Assembly: GCA_963843795.1 (NCBI GenBank)
Contig: CAWJLW010000005.1
Location: 1 to 64,000, forward strand
DNA: 64,000 nt
Direction of reading: 5' to 3'
From: an uncultured bacterium
Lineage (GTDB): Bacteria; Armatimonadota; Abditibacteriia; Abditibacteriales; Abditibacteriaceae
Made by a program: the position numbers and the translations under genes. The notes below the pieces were generated by a model. The model saw only the letters and a list, made by a program, of their open reading frames with translations. It was not told the origin of the DNA and did not search any database. Within the stretch, counting starts at the first letter, position 1, and each line of letters starts with the position of its first letter. This document shows, in pieces, positions 56,935 to 64,000 of the stretch.

Positions 56935-58560
56935 TTAAAATCGCGTATTGATGCCAACGACGTAATCGCCGAAAGTCAGGCTGTTGCCGCGTCCGCTGAG
57001 CTGGGCGGCTTTGAAATACAACTCGGAATTGCGACTGACCTGATAGCTTGCGAAACCGAACACGCCATTGGGCGCTTTGAAATTCTGCGCCGAAAACGCA
57101 TACGACGCATAAACGCCATATTTCACTTTGCGTGTGATCCACAGGTAATCAGTAGCGATGGAATAAGCGTTGAAATTATTCGACGCCGTGTAATCGAGCG
57201 TGAAAAATTTGCTGTCGTCGAAGATAAAATCGAAGCCTGCGCGCCACACCGGCATTTGTTTTCCAGTTTTGGGCAGGATGCGATATAAAAGCTGTGTGCG
57301 ATAGTTCGCGCGCCGGTTGCCGTCGGTGTATTTAAAATAACGATAGGAAAACGTCGTGTCGATTTTTTTAGCCAAGGGATATTCCGCGCCCACGCTGTAA
57401 TCGTCATACAGAGTTTTCTTGACCAGTTGAAAATACGATTCCGGCGCGTAGAACTGGTTGTTCACGTTCTGGAAATACGAATCATGGCGTCCGGTCGAAG
57501 CGTAAAAGCGTTTGCGCGCCGGGTCGGGCACATAAGAGATTTTGAAGTCATACAGAAACCGATCCGGCGCGGCGTCGTAAGTCACGTTGCTCAGAAAAAT
57601 GCTGCCTTCCCATTTTTTGTAATAGGGTTCGAGCAGCAGGTTGAGCGTGTTTTTCTTCAAGGTGTCGTTATCAGCGGCGGTGGGAATATCGGGCGAAACT
57701 GACTGCGGGTTGTTGGTGTTATTGGGATTGTTGTTGTTGCGATAATGCCCTGTGCCCGCTGTGAGCGTGATGCGGCCATACGGCGTGCGAAACGTTGGCC
57801 CGGCGCCGTAAGCATATAAATCGACATCGCGGTCGTCCGAATAATAGTGCGCCAAAGCCGTGTAAGTCGGACGTTTGGCGAATTTGACTTCTTTCAAGCC
57901 CGCTGTGGCACCCGCGCGCGCTTGCGTAATTTGCTCCTTGACCGCCGAGGGCATTTGCGCGCCCGCCGGCCCGTCCGGGTCGGGCGTCATCGCCAGAATG
58001 TTGTTGTATATCTTCTCCGCTTCAAAAGGCCGGTCGATAGTAATCAGAAAATCGGCATAACCCAGCAACATCGGAAACGATGGCATCGCGGGCGCTCCTC
58101 CGGGCGCCCCACCGGGTGCGCTTCCTGCGGGCGCTGCATCTCCGGCAGTTCCCACCGGCGCTGCTGGCCCCGGCGCCGTGCCCGGCCCGCCGCCGATTCC
58201 GCCACCACCGACCGAAGGCGGCGCAACATCTGTTTGGGCCAGCAAAACGCGCGTTTTGCTGGGGCCGTTGGTTATTTCCGGTGTGGCTTCTGGAGTAGCC
58301 GTCACGGTATCCGTTGCGGTATCCGTTGGCTGGGTCGCGTTTGGCGATGCGGTGTCGATGGGTGCTGCCACGCCGCTGGCTTTTGAAGTGCCTTCGATGT
58401 AGGCGGTTTCCGACAGATGACACACGGTTTTGCCGCCTGCAAGTACTTGCGCGGCGTGCGCAACAGGCAATTGCAGGCACGGCAACACGCCCAGAGCGGG
58501 CAGCAAGTACTTGCAGTGCGTGCGACGACGAGAAAGCGTGTCTGCGATGAGGGTATTCAT
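56935..58560 (-). CDS. Exported protein with Pro/Gly/Thr linker and probable C-terminal outer-membrane beta-barrel
   Basis: Signal-like N-terminus; aromatic-rich alternating strands; ends in 'YVVGINTRF' (terminal Phe typical of OMPs). Confidence 0.6.
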   Translation of the reverse strand: MNTLIADTLSRRRTHCKYLLPALGVLPCLQLPVAHAAQVLAGGKTVCHLSETAYIEGTSKASGVAAPIDTASPNATQPTDTATDTVTATPEATPEITNGPSKTRVLLAQTDVAPPSVGGGGIGGGPGTAPGPAAPVGTAGDAAPAGSAPGGAPGGAPAMPSFPMLLGYADFLITIDRPFEAEKIYNNILAMTPDPDGPAGAQMPSAVKEQITQARAGATAGLKEVKFAKRPTYTALAHYYSDDRDVDLYAYGAGPTFRTPYGRITLTAGTGHYRNNNNPNNTNNPQSVSPDIPTAADNDTLKKNTLNLLLEPYYKKWEGSIFLSNVTYDAAPDRFLYDFKISYVPDPARKRFYASTGRHDSYFQNVNNQFYAPESYFQLVKKTLYDDYSVGAEYPLAKKIDTTFSYRYFKYTDGNRRANYRTQLLYRILPKTGKQMPVWRAGFDFIFDDSKFFTLDYTASNNFNAYSIATDYLWITRKVKYGVYASYAFSAQNFKAPNGVFGFASYQVSRNSELYFKAAQLSGRGNSLTFGDYVVGINTRF

Positions 58561-58592
58561 GAGCGTATCTTTTTGCGGCGTTTTTATGTGGT

Positions 58593-58985
58593 TCAGGCAA
58601 CCGAGCCATCGGGATATTGCGTCATTCCGGCGAAATGGATGGCGATTTTGCCATCGCGCAACACCCAGCTATCGGCAAAGCGCATATGAGCATCGCCATC
58701 GGGCGTGTGCATGGTGATCTTTTCCACAATCATCAAAGTCTGCGGATTTTCGGTTTCGGCCCAGAAAGCAATGTCGGTTTCCAAACCTTCGATGCCCAAA
58801 ATGCCCTGCATATGTTCGCGCAATTGCTCGCGCCCTTGATAATACTGTGGCGTTTTCATAAAGCTGCTGATGAGCAGCGCATCATCGGTGTATTGATCGA
58901 GCAAGGCTTCGATGTCCTTTTTCAAAATCAAATTGATGTGTTCGCGATACATCTTGCCCAGTTCGGTATCCGGCACGTTTTCCAT
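58593..58985 (-). CDS. SnoaL/NTF2-like protein
   Basis: 'KDIEALLDQYTDDALL...QGREQLRE...DSWVLRDGKIAIHF'. Confidence 0.8.
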   Translation of the reverse strand: MENVPDTELGKMYREHINLILKKDIEALLDQYTDDALLISSFMKTPQYYQGREQLREHMQGILGIEGLETDIAFWAETENPQTLMIVEKITMHTPDGDAHMRFADSWVLRDGKIAIHFAGMTQYPDGSVA

Positions 58986-59008
58986 TTTTGTCTCCACTCC
59001 CAAAATAA

Positions 59009-60538
59009 TTACGAATTTAAAATCATTGCCGCCGCGCGTTCGCCGATCATAAAGCACGCTGCCTGCGTATTGCCACTGGTTACAGTCGGCATCACCGAAG
59101 CATCGGCCACACGCAGATTTTCTACGCCGCGCACGCGCAACTGCGCATCGACCACAGCTTGCTCGTCATTGCCCATTTTGCAAGTCCCGACCGGATGCCA
59201 GATCGTGGTCGATTGTGTACGAATGTATTCATTGAGATCGGCGTCCGGGCCGGGCGCTATTTCCGCCGCGTAGCCTTCACTCATCGCTTTGGTTTGGGCT
59301 AATTCGCGAATGATGCGCACCGCTTCGACAAAGGTTTGCGCGTCGGCATCTTCTTGCAAGTACTTGGGGTCGAGAATCGGTGCGTCCTGCGCATGGCCGG
59401 AACGCAATCGCACTTGTCCTCGGCTATCGGGCTGCACCATAATCGGCAGGAAAATGCCCACTGGAATAGGAATGTTCAACACCGGCGCAAGCGGCGTCGG
59501 AACCATCGGCGTGAAATTGATTTGTAAGTCCGGCGGCGCGTCCGCGCGCTCGGTGCGCGTATTGACGAACAGGGTGTTGCCAGTCAGCAGTTGCGGCATC
59601 GGACGTTCGGTTTTGGACGCGAACACTACTGGCAATTGCATGTGATCTTGCAAATTCTGTCCGACGCCCGGTAAATTCACCACGACTTCAACGCCATGTC
59701 CCTGCAAATGACCGGCGGGGCCGATGCCCGACAACATCAACAATTTGGGCGACAAAAACGCGCCCGCGCAGACGATGATTTCACCTGCTGCATTTGCACG
59801 TTTGGTTTGGCCGTTCTGAACGTATTCAACGCCAACGGCGCGCGTGCCTTCAAACAGAATGCGCGTCGCTTCGGCACCAGTTTTAATCGTCAAATTATCG
59901 CGTTCCCGAACCGGATCGAGATATGCGACTGAGGCGCTGGCGCGTTTTCCGTCTTTGGTGAGCGAAAATTGTAGTAGCCCGGCGCCGTTTTCCTGACGGT
60001 CGCCGTTGATGTCCCAATTTGGCCCATCGTAGCCCAATTCGGTCGCGCCGTTCATAAAGGCTTCGCTGCGTGAATCGGCATCGGGATTGTCGATGATGCT
60101 CATCGGCCCGCCGACTCCGTGAACTTCGGAAGCCCCGCTACCGCTGTAATCTTCGATGGCCTTGAAAACTGGCAGCACGTCTTCGTAACTCCAACCCTGC
60201 GCACCTTGCGCCCATTCATCAAAGTTGCGACGATTACCGCGCACCCACATCATGGCGTTAATCGAAGTGCTGCCGCCGACGACTTTGCCTTGATTAATGA
60301 GAATCTGGCGCTCGCTGGCTGCTGACTGTTCGTCAGTAAAAAATTTCCAATCGACATCCGAACCCCACAGACGCACGAAACCGCCCGGATCGTGAATGTC
60401 CGCGCTGCTGTCCGCGCCGCCAGCCTCCAGTACAAGTACTTGAGTGTTGCTTTCGGCGCTCAAACGATTGGCGACGGCGCAACCCGCAGCGCCGCTACCG
60501 ATAACAATGTAATCGTAAGTTGATGACTGTTTAGCCAT
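59009..60538 (-). CDS. GMC (glucose-methanol-choline) oxidoreductase
   Basis: 'YDYIVIGSGAAGC', 'GKVVGGSTSINAM', 'SPKLLMLSGIG', 'WHPVGTCKMG', 'LRVADASVMP...GNT'. Confidence 0.95.
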   Translation of the reverse strand: MAKQSSTYDYIVIGSGAAGCAVANRLSAESNTQVLVLEAGGADSSADIHDPGGFVRLWGSDVDWKFFTDEQSAASERQILINQGKVVGGSTSINAMMWVRGNRRNFDEWAQGAQGWSYEDVLPVFKAIEDYSGSGASEVHGVGGPMSIIDNPDADSRSEAFMNGATELGYDGPNWDINGDRQENGAGLLQFSLTKDGKRASASVAYLDPVRERDNLTIKTGAEATRILFEGTRAVGVEYVQNGQTKRANAAGEIIVCAGAFLSPKLLMLSGIGPAGHLQGHGVEVVVNLPGVGQNLQDHMQLPVVFASKTERPMPQLLTGNTLFVNTRTERADAPPDLQINFTPMVPTPLAPVLNIPIPVGIFLPIMVQPDSRGQVRLRSGHAQDAPILDPKYLQEDADAQTFVEAVRIIRELAQTKAMSEGYAAEIAPGPDADLNEYIRTQSTTIWHPVGTCKMGNDEQAVVDAQLRVRGVENLRVADASVMPTVTSGNTQAACFMIGERAAAMILNS

Positions 60539-60552
60539 AAAATTTCTCGTGT

Positions 60553-61344
60553 TTAACCGACAAACTTTTCGATTTCTGCTGCGATTTCATCCGCCACCTC
60601 AAAGGTCGGAAAATGGCTGTGCGCTTGCAACTGCGTGACATGAAACCACGGATTCGCTTCGCCAAACTGCTGTTGTCCGGCTAAATACGCCGGGTCGGGT
60701 GGCTGAGAATATAAATGCAGAGTCGGCGCGGGTGGGTCGAGCGTAGCCAGAGCTTTCAATGGATATTCGCCGCTGTCGTAGCAAGCGCCAATTTCGCGGC
60801 CCGAACGCATCCACATCTCGCCCGAATAACCCCCCATTTCATCGCGCACAAACGAAATCAAGTCCGGATCTTCGACACCTTCGAGCCACATCCCAAACAA
60901 TTGATCGCGCGTTGGTTCCCAGCCTTCAGGCGTCGCCAGAGCGCGCACGATGTCCATGTAAAACGGCGGCGGCGGCAGGACAATCCAATCGAGATTGATG
61001 ATTTTCGGCACGCGCTCTGGCCCCAATTTACGGCGCAGTTCGACCGCGGCCCATCCCGAATGCGACAACGTGACCGGAATGACTTGCTCCACGCCGCTGG
61101 CTTCGATAACCGCCATCGCGTCGTCCAAAAACGCCTGCCATCCGAAATCTTCCTGCGGCGTTTCCGAAGCGCCGTGCCCACGCCAATCGAGCGCAAGAAC
61201 GCGATGGTTTTCGGACAAGATTTGTGGCAACTTGTCGAAACCGTGATGGCTCATGCACCATGCGGGCATCAAAAGCAAAGCCGGTTCGCCGCTCCCCAAA
61301 TCTTCGTATGCAATTTTTACGTTTCCTGCGCTGGTTTCTTTCAT
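60553..61344 (-). CDS. Alpha/beta-fold hydrolase
   Basis: 'RVLALDWRGHG.S', atypical elbow 'LSHSG', C-terminal 'HFPTFE'; ATG at 61344. Confidence 0.85.
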   Translation of the reverse strand: MKETSAGNVKIAYEDLGSGEPALLLMPAWCMSHHGFDKLPQILSENHRVLALDWRGHGASETPQEDFGWQAFLDDAMAVIEASGVEQVIPVTLSHSGWAAVELRRKLGPERVPKIINLDWIVLPPPPFYMDIVRALATPEGWEPTRDQLFGMWLEGVEDPDLISFVRDEMGGYSGEMWMRSGREIGACYDSGEYPLKALATLDPPAPTLHLYSQPPDPAYLAGQQQFGEANPWFHVTQLQAHSHFPTFEVADEIAAEIEKFVG

Positions 61345-61355
61345 AGCCGTTGTGT

Positions 61356-62942
61356 TTATTTTTGTTCGTTCAACAACATTTGCGCGACAATATAGCCCGA
61401 GCCTCCGCCCAAGCCCAAGCCAGGATGTGTGGCAGCACCGATTTGATACAGATTCGGCACCGGTGTGCGATGTCCGTCTTGGCTCGGCAACGGGCGCAGG
61501 TTGTAGCTCTGCGCGAAGGCGTGCGAACCGCTGTAAGGGTCGCCGTAATTCCAGTTCAAATTCGACTGGGCCAAATCCAGCGGGCTGATAATTTTGCGCG
61601 CCAGAATCGAATCTTTCAAGTTCGGAATATGACGGCCCACGATGTCGATCATGCGGTCGGCGTAGCGATTCTTCAAATCCTCGCTCCACGTTCCGTCGCC
61701 GACTTCGATTTCATCCAGTGCATCGCCCACCACTTCAAACGGCGTGTCCAAACCTTGCAGCACCATCACCGCTTGGCCTTCGGGCGCGCGGCTCGGGTCG
61801 AGCGTGGTCGGTGTGCCAACGCCAATCGTCGGATCGGCGGGCAACAAGCGGCGCGCGGCTTCGTTGAAGTTGCGCGACACGCCATCCAAACCCGCCGTAA
61901 CGTGTGTATATGTCGCCTTATTCAACCGCTCGTCGTGCCACTGCGGCGCTTCCGATAAAGCCAGATGAATCGCCAGAACGCTGTGACCATAGCGGAATTT
62001 GCCCGCTTGTTCTTGAATTTCCGGCGGCACGACATCCGATTCGCTCAGTAATTTTTGATACAACTGATCGGGATTGACGGTTGCGATGACCGCTTTATTC
62101 GCACGATATTCTTCGCCATTTTCCGTCCGCACGCCGACGGCTTTGCCATCTTCGACGATGATCTGATTCGCGGTTGTGTTCGCGTAGATTTTGCCGCCCT
62201 GATCTTTGACCAGTTGCGCCAGTGCGCTGGCCATTTTCTCCGCGCCGCCGACGCCGACCGGCAGACCGGCGCTTTGTGCGCCCATGCCGAAAACCTTGAC
62301 CCAGAAACCGCTGTTGGCCTCGTCTGGCCCGTGACCCGAATGCAAAACCCACGGCGCCAAAAACGCTTTCCACACTTTGGATTGAAACGATTCTTCCAAC
62401 ACTTCGCGCGCTGTGCGCAAAAACTCCGCAGCAAATGGCGTCGGTTTGCCTTCGGATGTCGCCATCAAACTCGCCATCATCGCTTTCGATTCCGGCGTGG
62501 TTAGGTCGCTTTTGAGCAGCGTGAAAACTTCGTTGGCGTGCGCGCCCAAACCGCCCAACATATTCGCCCACGCCGCGCCATCGCCGGGCGCCAAACGCTC
62601 GGCTTCGGCCATGTTGGCTTCCATGTCGGTGGTCAGAATCGTCGCGCTGCCATCGTGCAGCGAAACTCCGGCAGGCGTGTCCGAATTGGCCATTGTCAAG
62701 CCGCGCGTCGCGAGATCGGGCGCGAGATCGGCATAGGCTGCTGAAATCGCAAAGAGAATCAAGAAGCCCGCATACACATCGTGGACAAAGCCGGGCAGGG
62801 TGATTTCTTGCGTGCGAAGGCCGCCGCCGGGCCGGTCGTTGCGGTCGAGAATCAACACGCTCCAACCGGCTTTGGTCAGATAGGCGGCGTTCACTAAAGC
62901 GTTGGGGCCAGCCCCAATAATTACTGCATCATACGATTCCAT
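61356..62942 (-). CDS. Phytoene-desaturase-like NAD(P)/FAD-dependent oxidoreductase
   Basis: 'DAVIIGAGPNAL...YL...GWSVLILDR...GGG', 'DPSRAPEG', 'RTPVPNLYQIGAATHPG.GLGGGSG'. Confidence 0.9.
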   Translation of the reverse strand: MESYDAVIIGAGPNALVNAAYLTKAGWSVLILDRNDRPGGGLRTQEITLPGFVHDVYAGFLILFAISAAYADLAPDLATRGLTMANSDTPAGVSLHDGSATILTTDMEANMAEAERLAPGDGAAWANMLGGLGAHANEVFTLLKSDLTTPESKAMMASLMATSEGKPTPFAAEFLRTAREVLEESFQSKVWKAFLAPWVLHSGHGPDEANSGFWVKVFGMGAQSAGLPVGVGGAEKMASALAQLVKDQGGKIYANTTANQIIVEDGKAVGVRTENGEEYRANKAVIATVNPDQLYQKLLSESDVVPPEIQEQAGKFRYGHSVLAIHLALSEAPQWHDERLNKATYTHVTAGLDGVSRNFNEAARRLLPADPTIGVGTPTTLDPSRAPEGQAVMVLQGLDTPFEVVGDALDEIEVGDGTWSEDLKNRYADRMIDIVGRHIPNLKDSILARKIISPLDLAQSNLNWNYGDPYSGSHAFAQSYNLRPLPSQDGHRTPVPNLYQIGAATHPGLGLGGGSGYIVAQMLLNEQK

Positions 62943-63050
62943 CAAGCGTTCCCTTGGCCCCGCAAGTACTTGCAAGGTGTTTTTCTCAAATTATGAACGC
63001 GCAGCCGCTGCAAGTACTGGCTGCAGTACTTGCAGGGCGCTATTGCCGCT

Positions 63051-63917
63051 TTAATCGAACGCGCCCAACTGTTTCATCAAGCCCAGATCGTTCTCATTGA
63101 CCCAGATTTCAACGATTTTTCCGCCGGCGAAAACGAAGATGTCGATGCCTTGATCTTTGATGTGATTGCCGGTCGCTGGCATTCCCAAAAATGGCCCGTT
63201 GTGCGTGCCTTCGATGAACCAGCGCGCCGCGACTTTATTGCCCTCAGAGCATTGGCGCTCGACGGTAAATTTGATGTCGGGAAAGCCGGTGCGCAAACCG
63301 GTGACAAAGCCGCGCATTCCGTCGCGTCCGCGAATCGGTTCGGGCAGAGTCGGGATATGAAACGAGAATTTTTCGGCGATGATTTCGTCGATGACCGAAA
63401 AGTCGCCGCCCGTCATCAAATCGTTGAAATAACGCGCTACCATCGCTTCGTTGGCTTCAACGGAATTATCGGTTTCGGGCTGCGGCGGCGCGGGAATGGC
63501 GCCGATTTGCATCAGCAACCCCAACGTGTCTTCGTTGATGCGCGCTTCGACGAACTTGCCGTCTTTGAAGCGCAGCCATGACATGCCATCAATCACGAAC
63601 GGGTTGCCTTTGGCCGGAACATCGCCTTTAAGTGTTTTGAGCGGTGTGCCGGTGTGCGTGCCGCGCGCCGTCCAGTGGCCGACAACGGTATCGCCTTGTC
63701 CGAGTAAATGTTCAATAGTAAATTTAAGATCGGGAAAGGCACCGCGCAGCATCGTCACCAAATTCTTGAATTCCGCCCCTCGATAAGGATCAACGTGCGT
63801 CGGATTGCTGAATTCAAATTCCGGCGCCATATATTGATCGACAAACGACAAATCGCCATTACTCATCAATTCGGCGTAATAGCGGCGGGCTAAAACCTTG
63901 TTTTCTTCAACGGACAT
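63051..63917 (-). CDS. Tandem two-domain SnoaL-like ester cyclase
   Basis: Two repeats of 'N.....RY...LM..GD....D...A..F', 'FPD.KFT.E', 'W...GTH.G', 'GK.VE...NE..LGL..Q.GA'; AAGGAG RBS before ATG 63917. Confidence 0.9.
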   Translation of the reverse strand: MSVEENKVLARRYYAELMSNGDLSFVDQYMAPEFEFSNPTHVDPYRGAEFKNLVTMLRGAFPDLKFTIEHLLGQGDTVVGHWTARGTHTGTPLKTLKGDVPAKGNPFVIDGMSWLRFKDGKFVEARINEDTLGLLMQIGAIPAPPQPETDNSVEANEAMVARYFNDLMTGGDFSVIDEIIAEKFSFHIPTLPEPIRGRDGMRGFVTGLRTGFPDIKFTVERQCSEGNKVAARWFIEGTHNGPFLGMPATGNHIKDQGIDIFVFAGGKIVEIWVNENDLGLMKQLGAFD

Positions 63918-64000
63918 GAACAAGCTCCTTCAACTGTGAATTTAGAATTAAGGAGCCAGCGCTTCGCCAATATTGGTGAAGCCGGCCCATGTCTTTTTGA

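Larger units (their letters stand above)
5660..62973. repeat. Dispersed, highly iterated 12-bp palindrome GCAAGTACTTGC
   Basis: Exact copies start at 5660, 7732, 7747, 9558, 11326, 15210, 16620, 16658, 20094, 23808, 23971, 26838, 27766, 29350, 29833, 32895, 35589, 36589, 38719, 40845, 41441, 42380, 44220, 44720, 48385, 48415, 50402, 53278, 54752, 56899, 58439, 58503, 62962. Confidence 0.97.

Noticed and set aside
5660..62973. GCAAGTACTTGC as a transcription-factor operator or REP/IS end
   Set aside because: It is too frequent, occurs inside unrelated CDSs and at gene 3' ends, and has no conserved flanks or adjacent transposase. Kept as a HIP-like finding instead.
60553..62975. ORF-track starts giving long overlaps or N-termini such as MQVLA/MCKYL
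   Set aside because: Upstream extensions run through the palindrome or neighbouring genes; downstream ATGs with RBS or family-consistent N-termini were used.

Overview
A gene-dense bacterial window of moderately high GC, with most genes on the minus strand. Left to right: (1) a sodium:solute symporter; (2) 2.1-14.7 kb, a tightly packed operon of six mutually paralogous, signal-peptide-bearing proteins I cannot assign to a family, plus a secreted HEXXH metalloprotease, with three frameshift lesions inside it; (3) metX-metY; (4) carbohydrate-use genes, a DUF1501 plus planctomycete-type cytochrome c pair, and a GH2-CBM32 glycosidase; (5) 30.2-33.9 kb, a complete plasmid/chromid-type replication and partition module (Rep-like initiator, 19-bp iterons, ParF-like ParA, small ParG-like protein, three arrays of 8-bp-periodic CTGG/CCAG boxes); (6) 34-44.7 kb, a signalling/conflict locus with two exported caspase-like proteases, a TIR protein, a heme-c/HAMP sensor, a K+ channel-RCK-RyR fusion and a SLOG-transmembrane protein; (7) 44.7-64 kb, a long co-oriented enzyme cluster (AGE-type epimerase, GlgX, VOC, DJ-1/PfpI, GMC oxidoreductase, SnoaL-like proteins, FAD oxidoreductase) with three paralogous His-motif lipoproteins. 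Across almost the whole window lies a highly iterated 12-bp palindrome, GCAAGTACTTGC (at least 33 exact copies counted by eye), in intergenic gaps and inside coding sequences. Family assignments come from motif recognition by eye, not database searches. No rRNA, tRNA, CRISPR array or transposase was recognised.
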